In this document: piece after piece, positions 55,310-64,000 of the stretch
How positions within the stretch are numbered: position 1 is the first letter of the stretch
How the letters are laid out: each line of letters begins with the position of its first letter
DNA from: Candidatus Eiseniibacteriota bacterium
GTDB taxonomy: Bacteria > Eisenbacteria > RBG-16-71-46
Assembly (NCBI GenBank): GCA_044223005.1
Contig: JBGAML010000021.1
Coordinates: forward strand, 1 to 64,000
Length of the DNA stretch: 64,000 nucleotides
Direction: 5' to 3'
Made by a program: the position numbers and the translations under genes
The notes under the pieces: model-generated
Told to the model about the DNA's origin: nothing
What the model saw: the letters and a program-made list of their open reading frames with translations, nothing else
Databases searched by the model: none

Positions 55310-58300
55310 ATGCGCTTGCGGAGTTGGGCGGTCCTGGTGCTGGCGGCGGTCGCGCTCGTCGCGGGCATCCGGGACGCGCGCGCGCAGTACTTCGGGCAGA
55401 ACAAGATCCAGTACCAGCTCTACACGTGGCGCTCGATCTCCTCGGACCACTTCGAGGTCTACTTCTACGACGGGTCCGACAGCCTCGCGATGCGGACGCT
55501 CGACCTGGCCGAGAAGACCAACGCGGTCTTCTCGAAGCGGCTCGGCCACGCACTCAGCCGGCGCATCCCGATCATCCTCTACGGCTCGCACAACGACTTC
55601 TCGCAGACCAACACGATCTCCGAGCTGATCGACGGCGGCACGGGCGGGTTCACCGAGCCGCTCCGCGACCGGGTCGTGGTGCCGTTCACGGGATCGTACG
55701 AGGACTTCCGCCACGTCCTCGTGCACGAGCTCACGCACGCGTTCCAGTTCGACATCCTGTACAACGGTACGGGCATGTCGCTGCTCTCGGGGCAGGGCTT
55801 CTTCCAGGTGCCCCTGTGGTTCGCCGAGGGAATGGCGGAGTACTACTCGCTCGGCATGGAGTCGAACGCCGAGATGTGGTGTCGCGACGGCGCCCTGACC
55901 GGGTACATCCCGCCGCTGCCGTACGCGGGGGGCTACCCGGTCTACAAGTTCGGCCAGTCGGCGGTCGCGTTCCTCAACGAGCGCTACGGCGAGGCCCGCT
56001 TCCGCGACGTCCTCAAGCGCGCACGCCAGATGCGCAACTTCGACCGCGCGTTCGAGCGCACGTACGGGCTCACGGTGGAGAAGTTCGACGAGAAGTGGCG
56101 CACCTACCTGCGCAAGCGCTACTGGCCGCAGGTGGCCCAGCACGAGCTGCCCGAGACCTACGGGCGCCGCCTGACGGATCACCGCAAGGACCAGAGCAAC
56201 CTCAACATCTCGCCCGCGGTCTCGCCGCAGGGCGACCGCGTGGCGTACTACACCGACCGCAAGCAGTACACGGACGTCTACGTGATGTCGGCGTTCGATG
56301 GGCGCGTGCTGCGCCGCGTGATCCGCGGCGAGCGCAACGTGCAGTTCGAGAGCATGCCGCTCTTCCGCAGCTCGATCACGTGGTCGCCGGACGGCACCCG
56401 CCTCGCGCTGACGGCCAAGAGTCGCGGCCGCGACCGGCTGTACGTCGTCGACGCGCACAGTGGCCGGGTGCAGAAGGAGTACGCCCTGCCGTGCGACGCG
56501 CTCGCGTTCCCCGCGTGGTCGCCGGTCGCGGATTCGATCGTCGTCACCGGGCTCACCGCCGGCCGCTCGGACCTCTTCATGGTCCGCGTCTCGGACGGTG
56601 CGGTGACGCGCCTCACGGACGACACGTGGGACGAGAAGGAGCCGACGTGGTCGCCGGACGGCCGCCGGATCGCGTTCTCGTCCGACCGCGGCGCTCCGGT
56701 GGTGCTGCAGGCCGAGCCGTCGCTGCGCGGGTACGGGCACTACGGCCTCTTCGAGCTGGACGTGGCGTCGCATGGCGTGACGCCGCTGCTCGACACGGCG
56801 GGCGAGGACCACAGCCCGGCGTGGGCGCCGGACGGCCGGCGGCTCGCGTTCGTCTCCGACCGGGACGGCGCGCCCAACATCTACCTCTGGGATCCGGCGC
56901 AGCACTCGATCACGCAGCTCACCGACGTGCTGGGTGGCGTGACGAGCCTGTCGTGGTCGCGGCAGAACGACCGGCTGGTCTTCTCGGCGTTCGATCGCGG
57001 CGGCTGGGACGTGTTCGCGGTGCAGGAGCCGCTTTCGAACGACGGCGTCATGATGCGGCTGCAGCGCGAGGCGCCGAAGTCGGTGCTGACCGAGGCGCAG
57101 GCCGCGGAGCCGGCGCCCAACGACAGCGCCGTGATCGCCGCCCGTGGCGCGCTGGCGCTGGCGTGGCCGGACACGGTGACCGCGCCGGACTCGTCGCTCG
57201 CCACCGGGCGCGACCGGCACGCGGGTCCGCGCGGCACGCTGCCGCCGCTCGCCAACGAGCCGCCGGCCTGGGAGGTCGGCGACAACCGCACCGGCGGCGG
57301 GCCGATGGCGCACATGGTGCCGCCGGACACGTCGGCCGGGCTGCCCGAGCGGATCCCGCTCGTCGAACGCGGCGGCCCGTTCGCGCTGCCCGACAGCGTG
57401 CTCGGCCAGAAGCCGGAGGGCTACCGCTGGCATCTCGGCGCCGAGAGCGCCAACGGCGCGTTCGCCGCCGCCACGGGCTTCGGCTTCATCGGCAGCACGT
57501 CGCTGCTCTTCAGCGACTTCCTCGGCGACCGCAGCCTGTACATCGCCACGGACGTGTTCCCGGGCTCGCTCGAGGAGACGAATGCGCTGGCGATCTACAG
57601 CTACCTGCCGCGGCGCACGGACTACAGCGCCGGGCTCTTCCACTTCAAGAACTACTTCCAGTCGCGCGTGACCGCGCTCGGCGAGCAGCTTTCGAGCGCG
57701 CAGGTGTTCTCGGAGCGCACGTTCGGCGGCCTGGGGACGATGTCCTACCCGTTCGACCGCTTCCGGCGGCTCGAGTTGCAGGCGACGCAGATGTTCGTGC
57801 AGCGGACGTTCTACGAGCAGGACGACTTCGGCGACTACGTGAAGTCGAACACCACGTACCGCTCGGTGACGAGTCCGTCGATCTCGCTCGTGGGCGACAA
57901 CTCGCTGCAGAGCTACTACGGCCCGGTGAACGGCTCGCGTTACAACCTGACGTTCTCGCCCGCGTTCGGCGTGTTCAACAACTCGCTCGCCTATCGCACC
58001 GTGTCGTTCGACTACCGCAAGTACTGGGATCTCACGTCGGGCTACACGTTCGCGTTCCGCACGCTGGATGCCGGCAGCTGGGGGCGCGACCCGCAGGCGT
58101 TCCGGGTCGGCGGTTTCTCGACCCTGCGCGGCTACCCGGACTACGACGTGATCGGGTCGCGGCTGGCGCTCGTCAACGCCGAGTTGCGCTTCCCGTTCAT
58201 CCAGCAACTCGGGCTCGTCGGGCCGGTACCGATCGGCAACTTCAACCTGCGCGGCGCGGTGTTCTCGGACGCCGGGCTCGTCTGGAACGCCGGCGATCCG

Positions 58301-58480
58301 CTGCGGCTCACCTCGGTCGACGCCCGGGGACGGCACCTGGACAGCCCCGACCTGAGCTTCGGCACAGGCATCCGCAGCATCGTGTTCTTCGCGCTCTTCA
58401 AGCTGGACGTCGCGTGGCGGACCGATCTGCGGGACATCAGCCGGCCGCGCTGGCACTTCAGCATCGGGCCGGAGTTCTAG
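55310..58480 (+). CDS. Secreted metallopeptidase-like / TolB-PD40 propeller / Omp85 barrel fusion
   Basis: Signal peptide then QYFGQNK; HELTH...PLWFAEGMAEY; repeated P.WSPDG..AF; C-terminal LRGY, ELRFP, IGPEF. Confidence 0.85.
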   Translation: MRLRSWAVLVLAAVALVAGIRDARAQYFGQNKIQYQLYTWRSISSDHFEVYFYDGSDSLAMRTLDLAEKTNAVFSKRLGHALSRRIPIILYGSHNDFSQTNTISELIDGGTGGFTEPLRDRVVVPFTGSYEDFRHVLVHELTHAFQFDILYNGTGMSLLSGQGFFQVPLWFAEGMAEYYSLGMESNAEMWCRDGALTGYIPPLPYAGGYPVYKFGQSAVAFLNERYGEARFRDVLKRARQMRNFDRAFERTYGLTVEKFDEKWRTYLRKRYWPQVAQHELPETYGRRLTDHRKDQSNLNISPAVSPQGDRVAYYTDRKQYTDVYVMSAFDGRVLRRVIRGERNVQFESMPLFRSSITWSPDGTRLALTAKSRGRDRLYVVDAHSGRVQKEYALPCDALAFPAWSPVADSIVVTGLTAGRSDLFMVRVSDGAVTRLTDDTWDEKEPTWSPDGRRIAFSSDRGAPVVLQAEPSLRGYGHYGLFELDVASHGVTPLLDTAGEDHSPAWAPDGRRLAFVSDRDGAPNIYLWDPAQHSITQLTDVLGGVTSLSWSRQNDRLVFSAFDRGGWDVFAVQEPLSNDGVMMRLQREAPKSVLTEAQAAEPAPNDSAVIAARGALALAWPDTVTAPDSSLATGRDRHAGPRGTLPPLANEPPAWEVGDNRTGGGPMAHMVPPDTSAGLPERIPLVERGGPFALPDSVLGQKPEGYRWHLGAESANGAFAAATGFGFIGSTSLLFSDFLGDRSLYIATDVFPGSLEETNALAIYSYLPRRTDYSAGLFHFKNYFQSRVTALGEQLSSAQVFSERTFGGLGTMSYPFDRFRRLELQATQMFVQRTFYEQDDFGDYVKSNTTYRSVTSPSISLVGDNSLQSYYGPVNGSRYNLTFSPAFGVFNNSLAYRTVSFDYRKYWDLTSGYTFAFRTLDAGSWGRDPQAFRVGGFSTLRGYPDYDVIGSRLALVNAELRFPFIQQLGLVGPVPIGNFNLRGAVFSDAGLVWNAGDPLRLTSVDARGRHLDSPDLSFGTGIRSIVFFALFKLDVAWRTDLRDISRPRWHFSIGPEF

Positions 58481-58501
58481 GCTTCGGCCGCAGGGGGACC
58501 G

Positions 58502-58535
58502 GAACCGGGGCCCGCGTTCGCGCGGGCCCCGGTTC
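58502..58535. terminator. Perfect 15-bp hairpin with TTCG loop after the Omp85 fusion gene
   Basis: GAACCGGGGCCCGCG-TTCG-CGCGGGCCCCGGTTC. Confidence 0.6.
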
Positions 58536-58628
58536 GCGTTCATGCCCGGGGCCGCGCACGCCCCGGCCGGGACGCGGTTCCCGGAGGCCGCGCGGCGCGG
58601 GCACGTCGCACTCCCGGAGCGAGACGGG

Positions 58629-60209
58629 TTGTGCGAGAGTGCGAAAACGATCCATCGCTTCGACGTCTTCGAGCTCGACACGGACCGGCACGAGCTGCGC
58701 CGCGACGGCGCGCCGGTCGCGATCGAGCCCCAGGTCTTCGCGCTGCTGGCCGTGCTGGTCGAGAACCGCCATCGCATGGTGTCGCGGGACGAGTTGATCG
58801 CCCTCGTCTGGGAGGGTCGCATCGTCTCCGACTCCGCGGTGAGCAGCCGCATCAAGACCGCGCGCCGCGCGCTGGGCGACGACGGCGACCGGCAGCAGTG
58901 GATCCGCACCGTGCACGGCCGGGGGTTTCGCTTCGTCGGCGACGTCGCGAGCGAGGCGCCGGTGCTGCCCGCGACGCCCCGCGCGTGGAGCGACGAGGTG
59001 CTCGCCCGCCCGATCCTCGCGGTGCTGCCGTTCGTGAACGAGGGCGGCCGGGCCGAGGACGACTGGTTCATCGAGGGATTCGCCGACGAGCTGATCGCCG
59101 AGCTCGCCTCGTGGCGCTGGTTCCCGGTGCTTTCGCGCTCGACGTCGTTCGCGTCGGCGGCCGCCCACGCTCCGGCCGCTGCGCGCGCGTCCGGCATGGG
59201 CGCGCGCTACGTGATCACGGGGCGCTTCCAGCGCGCGGGGGAGGCGGCGCGCCTGGCGCTCGAACTCGTCGACGCCGCCACGGACACCGCGCTCGGGTCG
59301 GCCAGCTTTCCCTGCCACGCGCAGGACGCCGTGGCGCTCGAGGACGAGATCGCCCGCCAGGTGTTCCGCCGGATCGCTCCCGAGCTGACGTCGGCGGAGA
59401 CGCGGCGCGTGTTGCGCAAGCCGCCCGCCGAATGGTCCGCGTGGGACCTTACGCTCAAGGGGCTCTGGCACCTGCACCGCGCGACGCCGCACGACTTCTC
59501 GGAGTCGCTGCGCTACCTCGGCGACGCGACGCACGCCGACCCGGGGTTCGCGCTGCCGTGGAGCTTGCTCGCGCTCACGCGTTACGAGATGGGACTCAAG
59601 GGCTGGACGAGCACGCCGTCCGCGCAGGTGATGGACCTCTTCCGGCAGATGCTGCAGGCAGCCTCGACGGCCGTGGAGCTGGACCCGACGGGCTGGATGG
59701 GGCACGCGCTGAAGAGCGCGGGGGAGCTGTGGACGAACCTCGCGTTTCCGCTCGCGCGCGTGCACGCGGATCGGGCGATCGAGCTGAACCCGAGCGCGTC
59801 GATGGCGTACCACTTCTCGGGTTGCCTGCACGGTTTCGCGGGCGACCTGCCGAACGCGATCGCGACCGCGGAGCGGGCGTTCCGGATCGACCCGTCCGAC
59901 ACGCACGCGGACGTGGTCGAGACCGACCTCGGCCTCTGGTACCTGCTCGCGGGTGAGCTCGACGCGGCGGGGGCCCACCTCACGCGCGCGCTCGAACTGA
60001 ACCCGGGGAACATCCGCGCGTGGCAGCGGCGCATCGCCTGGGCCGGCCTCGCGGGCGACCGGGACGCCGCCCGGGCCGCGCTCGCGGCGCACGCGCGCGC
60101 GGGCGGCTCGCTCGCCCCGGACTACCTGCGCGCGTCCTACCCGTTCCATGATCCGGCCCACGCCGAGGCCTTCCGGCAGGCCCTGCGCCGGGCGGGCGTG
60201 GACTCCTGA
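58629..60209 (+). CDS. CadC/OmpR-type winged-helix regulator with TolB-like and TPR domains
   Basis: HRFDVFELD..ELRR.G..V.IEPQVF, RRALGD..IRTV.GRG.RF, LAVLPF.N, TPR-like repeats; TTG start with GGAG. Confidence 0.85.
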   Translation: MCESAKTIHRFDVFELDTDRHELRRDGAPVAIEPQVFALLAVLVENRHRMVSRDELIALVWEGRIVSDSAVSSRIKTARRALGDDGDRQQWIRTVHGRGFRFVGDVASEAPVLPATPRAWSDEVLARPILAVLPFVNEGGRAEDDWFIEGFADELIAELASWRWFPVLSRSTSFASAAAHAPAAARASGMGARYVITGRFQRAGEAARLALELVDAATDTALGSASFPCHAQDAVALEDEIARQVFRRIAPELTSAETRRVLRKPPAEWSAWDLTLKGLWHLHRATPHDFSESLRYLGDATHADPGFALPWSLLALTRYEMGLKGWTSTPSAQVMDLFRQMLQAASTAVELDPTGWMGHALKSAGELWTNLAFPLARVHADRAIELNPSASMAYHFSGCLHGFAGDLPNAIATAERAFRIDPSDTHADVVETDLGLWYLLAGELDAAGAHLTRALELNPGNIRAWQRRIAWAGLAGDRDAARAALAAHARAGGSLAPDYLRASYPFHDPAHAEAFRQALRRAGVDS

Positions 60210-60459
60210 GGCACCGCGGGGCTTCAGTCCGCCCGCGAAAGCGCCGATCCCGGAAGCGCCCGGACCCCGGCGGGGGAGCACGGCTCGTCCGCCCGCCCGG
60301 CCGCGTTGCACAATGCGAGTGGCGCCCCCCCGAGTCCGTCGGGTAGGATTCCTGCCTCACATCGGGCTCGTCGTGGGTTCCGCTCGCGACGGGTTCACGT
60401 TCCTCCACACGATCGTCACGGAGCAGTCCGGTTCGTGCCGGTCCCACCAGGAGATGCGC

Positions 60460-62676
60460 ATGTCGACCTCGCGCCACGAAGCGCGCCGTGCGGCCATGAG
60501 CCGCCAGCCCCGCAGTTTCGACGCCCCCCGCCTTCCGGACGGCCACCGTTCGCCGGTCAGCACCTACTTCGGGCGTCACGTCCTCGACCTCCTCAAGTTG
60601 CGCGAGAAGCTGCCGCGCGAGGCCTTCCAGTCCCTCGTCTCGACCCTGCGCAGCGGCACGCCGCTGACGCGCGAGGTCGCCGACCAGGTCGCCTCGGCCG
60701 CGCGCGATTGGGCCGTCTCGCACGGCGCCACGCACTTCACGCACTGGTTCCAGCCGATGACCGGCCTCACGGCCGAGAAGCACGACGCCTTCATCGACCT
60801 CAACATCCAGATGACGGGCGAGTCGCGCGTGCTGGAGAAGTTCTCGGGCTCGCAGCTCTGGCAGAGCGAGCCCGACGCGTCGTCGTTCCCCTCCGGCGGC
60901 ATGCGCTCGACGTTCGAGGCGCGCGGCTACACGGCGTGGGATCCGAGCGTGCCGATGTTCCTCGTCGAGAGCGCAAACGGCCGTACGCTGTGCATTCCGT
61001 CGGCGTACATCAGCTACCACGGCCACTCGCTCGACCAGAAGACGCCGCTGCTGCGCTCGATGGAAGCACTCGGCAAGCAGGCGACCGCGTTCCTCAAGCT
61101 GCTGGGTGACGTGGACGTCAAGCACGTCAACGCGACGCTCGGCTGCGAACAGGAGTACTTCCTCGTCGACCGCGCGCAGGCCGCGCTGCGTCCGGACCTG
61201 ACGCTGGCGGAGCGCACGCTGATCGGCTCGGCGTCGCCGCGTCACCAGCAGTTCGAGGACCACTACTTCGGCTCGATCCCGCCGCGCGTGATCGCGTTCA
61301 TGGAGGAGTTCGAGTACGAACTCTTCCGGCTCGGCATCCCGGTGCGCACGCGCCACAACGAAGTCGCGCCGATGCAGTTCGAGATGGCGCCGATCTTCGA
61401 GGACGTGAATCTCGCGAACGACCACAACGTACTCGCGATGGACGTCATGCGGAAGGTCGCGCTGCGCCACGACTTCGTGTGCATCGTGCACGAGAAGCCG
61501 TTCGCCGGCATCAACGGCAGCGGCAAGCACTGCAACTGGAGCATGTCGACGGATCGCGGCGAGAACCTGCTCGACCCGGGCAAGACGCCGCACCAGAACC
61601 TGCGTTTCCTCGCGTTCCTCGCCGTGTGCCTGAAGGCCGTGCACGACCACTCGGTCGCGCTGCGCTTCTCGGTGTCGGGGGCGAACAACGACCTGCGCCT
61701 GGGCGCGAACGAGGCGCCGCCGGCGATCCTGAGCGTGTTCGTCGGCGACCAGCTCACGAGCATCATCGAGCGCACGATCGCCGGCGAGGCCAGCAAGGAT
61801 CCCGAGCACTTCGTGCTCGAGATGGGCGTCGCCAAGCTGCCGGCCCTGGCCAAGGACAACACCGATCGCAACCGCACCTCGCCGTTCGCGTTCACCGGGA
61901 ACAAGTTCGAGTTCCGTGCGGTGGGCAGCTCGTCGAACTGCGCCGTGCCCATGGCCACGCTCAACGCCGCCGCGGCCCAGGCGCTCGCCCAGATGACGGA
62001 GCGGCTGCAGAAGAAGCTCGCGGCCAAGCCCAACCATCGCGACCAGGCGGTGGCGGAACTGCTGCGCGAGGTCTTCACCGAGACTTCGGCCGTGCGGTTC
62101 GAGGGCAACGGCTACAGTGACGAATGGAAGACCGAGGCCGCGAAGCGCGGCCTGCCGAACCTCGTCGACACGCCCGCGGCGCTCGCCGCGGCGCGCGAGC
62201 CGAAGCACTACCAGTTCCTGGTCGACCAGGGCATCCTGACGAAGGAAGAAGTCGAGAGCCGTTTCAACGTCGCGGCCGAGCGCTACATCAAGCAGGTGAC
62301 GCTCGAGGCCGAGACGGTGGTCGACATGGTGACGACGGCGGTCGTACCCGCGGCGGAGCGCCAGCTCGCCGTGACGTCCGCGGCGGCCGCGGCGCTGTCG
62401 GAACTGGGCGGCAAGGCCAAGAACCCGGCGTACTCGGCGCGCGTCGCCGCGCTGACCGAGGGCCTGGAGTCGGCGCTCTCGGGCGTGGCCCGGATCGGCG
62501 CGCTGCTGGACGCGCTGGCGAAGGTGCACGACGAGGACAAGCACTGCGAGCGGCTCGGCCGTGAGATGCGGCCGCTGATGCAGGAGGTCCGTGAAGCGGC
62601 GGACCTGCTCGAGCGGCTCGTGGACGACGACCTCTGGCCGCTGCCCAAGTATCGCGAGATGCTGTTCGTGAAGTGA
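60460..62676 (+). CDS. glnN: Glutamine synthetase type III
   Basis: HFTHWFQP..G.TAEKHD, EPDASSFPSGG.R.TFEARGYT.WD, HEKPFAGINGSGKH, DRNRTSPFAFTGNKFEFR. Confidence 0.95.
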   Translation: MSTSRHEARRAAMSRQPRSFDAPRLPDGHRSPVSTYFGRHVLDLLKLREKLPREAFQSLVSTLRSGTPLTREVADQVASAARDWAVSHGATHFTHWFQPMTGLTAEKHDAFIDLNIQMTGESRVLEKFSGSQLWQSEPDASSFPSGGMRSTFEARGYTAWDPSVPMFLVESANGRTLCIPSAYISYHGHSLDQKTPLLRSMEALGKQATAFLKLLGDVDVKHVNATLGCEQEYFLVDRAQAALRPDLTLAERTLIGSASPRHQQFEDHYFGSIPPRVIAFMEEFEYELFRLGIPVRTRHNEVAPMQFEMAPIFEDVNLANDHNVLAMDVMRKVALRHDFVCIVHEKPFAGINGSGKHCNWSMSTDRGENLLDPGKTPHQNLRFLAFLAVCLKAVHDHSVALRFSVSGANNDLRLGANEAPPAILSVFVGDQLTSIIERTIAGEASKDPEHFVLEMGVAKLPALAKDNTDRNRTSPFAFTGNKFEFRAVGSSSNCAVPMATLNAAAAQALAQMTERLQKKLAAKPNHRDQAVAELLREVFTETSAVRFEGNGYSDEWKTEAAKRGLPNLVDTPAALAAAREPKHYQFLVDQGILTKEEVESRFNVAAERYIKQVTLEAETVVDMVTTAVVPAAERQLAVTSAAAAALSELGGKAKNPAYSARVAALTEGLESALSGVARIGALLDALAKVHDEDKHCERLGREMRPLMQEVREAADLLERLVDDDLWPLPKYREMLFVK

Positions 62677-62690
62677 GTCCCTCGCGTCCG

Positions 62691-62721
62691 GGGCCGTCGG
62701 CTCGTGCCGGCGGCCCCTTCG
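62691..62721 (+). terminator. Hairpin after the GSIII gene
   Basis: GGGCCGTCGGC...GCCGGCGGCCC followed by CTTC. Confidence 0.4.
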
Positions 62722-62806
62722 CGTTGGTCCCGCGGGCTGCCTTGGGATAGGTTCCGGGGATCGACCCCTGCGGCGCGTGCGCCGGAACCTCCCGAGGAAC
62801 TCCCGA

Positions 62807-64000
62807 GTGTCCCAGACCTTCTCCCTGAACGACGCGCAGCGCGCCGCCGTGGAACACGGCACGGGCGCGGCGCTGGTGATCGCCGGCGCCGGCTCCGGCA
62901 AGACGCGCGTGCTGACCGCGCGCATCGCGCGCCTGCTCGATTCCGGCGTGCGCCCGGACGGCATCCTGGCGTTCACGTTCACCAACCGCGCCGCGCGCGA
63001 GATGCGCGACCGTATCGAGCGCACCGTCGGCGCGGCCGCGGCCGCGCGGCTCTGGGTGGGCACGTTCCACGCGACGGCGGTGCGGCTGCTGCGCCGCGAG
63101 TGCGCCACGCTCGGGCTGCCGCAGGGCTTCACGATCTACGATCGCGACGATCAGGAAGGCGTGCTGCGCGAGATCCTGAAGGACCTGCAGCTCTCGGAGT
63201 CCGGCTATCGCGTGGGCGTGGTGCTGGCGAAGATCAGCGAGTGCAAGAACGCGCTCGTGAAGCCCGACGAGGCGACGCGAGCGGCCATGGCGCCGTTCGA
63301 GCGCAACGTGGCCGAGTGCTACCGGCGCTACCAGGCGGCGCTGCGGCGCGCGGGGGCGCTCGACTTCGACGACCTGATCGCCGAGTCCGTGCGACTCTTT
63401 CTCGAGCACCCCGAGGCGGGGGAGCGCTGGAGCCGCCGCTTCGAGCACGTGCTCGTGGACGAGTACCAGGACACCAACCACGCGCAGTTCCGGCTCGTGC
63501 AGGCGGTCTCGACGGTGCACGGAAACCTGTTCGTGGTCGGCGACGACGACCAGTCGATCTACGGCTGGCGCGGCGCGGACCTGACCAACGTGCTGGACTT
63601 CGAAGGCGCCTTCCCGGGCGCGGTCACGATCCGGCTCGAACAGAACTACCGCTCGACGAACAACATCCTGCGCGCGGCGAACGCCGTGGTGGCGAACAAC
63701 CAGGCGCGCAAGGGCAAGACGCTCTGGAGCGAGCGCGAGGACGGCCCGCCGCTCGTCTTCTCGCTCTGCCGCGACGACTCCGAGGAGGCGCGCCGCGTCC
63801 GCCGGTTCGTCGAGGAGCAGCGCCGCAAGGGCCGCAAGCTCGCCGAGTGTGCGGTGCTCTACCGCACCAACGCCCAGTCGCGCGCGCTCGAAGTCGAGTT
63901 CACGCAGGCCGGGATCCCGTACGAGATCGTGGGCGGCGTCTCGTTCTTCCAGCGGCGCGAAGTGAAGGACCTGCTCGCCTACCTGCGGCTGCTCGTGAAC
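62807..64000 (+). CDS. pcrA: UvrD/PcrA ATP-dependent helicase (3' end outside the window; not in the ORF track)
   Basis: LN.AQ, AGAGSGKT, FTNRAA, GTFH, VDEYQD, VGDDDQSIYGWRGA, LEQNYRST, LYRTNAQS. Confidence 0.95.
   Translation, partial: MSQTFSLNDAQRAAVEHGTGAALVIAGAGSGKTRVLTARIARLLDSGVRPDGILAFTFTNRAAREMRDRIERTVGAAAAARLWVGTFHATAVRLLRRECATLGLPQGFTIYDRDDQEGVLREILKDLQLSESGYRVGVVLAKISECKNALVKPDEATRAAMAPFERNVAECYRRYQAALRRAGALDFDDLIAESVRLFLEHPEAGERWSRRFEHVLVDEYQDTNHAQFRLVQAVSTVHGNLFVVGDDDQSIYGWRGADLTNVLDFEGAFPGAVTIRLEQNYRSTNNILRAANAVVANNQARKGKTLWSEREDGPPLVFSLCRDDSEEARRVRRFVEEQRRKGRKLAECAVLYRTNAQSRALEVEFTQAGIPYEIVGGVSFFQRREVKDLLAYLRLLVN

Noticed and set aside
58481..58620. Cluster of GC-rich inverted repeats as a REP, MITE or CRISPR element
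   Set aside because: No regular repeat-spacer pattern and no second copy seen in the window; a terminator hairpin explains it
60305..60325. TTGCACAATGCGAGTGGC as an NtrC site or sigma54 promoter for GSIII
   Set aside because: Only a half-match to TGCAC-N7-GTGCA, and no correctly spaced GG-N10-GC with TGGCAC/TTGC context

Overview
This is a very GC-rich (roughly 70-75% by eye) core-genome segment of a diderm bacterium; the gene set and order suggest an FCB-related lineage such as Ca. Eisenbacteria (inference, not verified). About 57 genes lie almost entirely on the + strand in translationally coupled operons: a degenerate aconitase tail-obgE-HEAT-dprA-lipid A acyltransferase-thioesterase; a GAF/histidine-kinase-like protein; tRNA-Phe and tRNA-Thr; glmM-glmS-ridA-selD-selC(tRNA-Sec)-DUF5683-lepA-lepB-lepB-hemW-hrcA-grpE-dnaJ-rsmE-rpsU-cvpA-mutS2-dnaG-rpoD; tRNA-Ile2(CAT), tRNA-Val, a Zn-ribbon protein, a patatin, RNase HI, rnpB; recJ-rel-dtd-maf; rplM-rpsI-rpsB-tsf-pyrH-frr-uppS-cdsA-dxr-four glycosyltransferases-rseP-tamA-tamB-a peptidase/TolB/Omp85 fusion; a wHTH-TPR regulator, type III glutamine synthetase and uvrD/pcrA. 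I found no mobile element, prophage or CRISPR array. The most unusual signals are: (1) the tRNA-Sec gene lies wholly inside a stop-free reading frame that overlaps the selD stop and the lepA start and may supply the signal peptide of a DUF5683 protein, next to a Cys-form SelD with a possible relic SECIS; (2) apparent pseudoenzymes (His-less kinase, aconitase tail without its active-site motifs, HrcA with a divergent HTH and no CIRCE); (3) three genes that seem to need CTG starts and three -35 boxes built on upstream stop codons. All calls come from reading motifs by eye; no database search was run.
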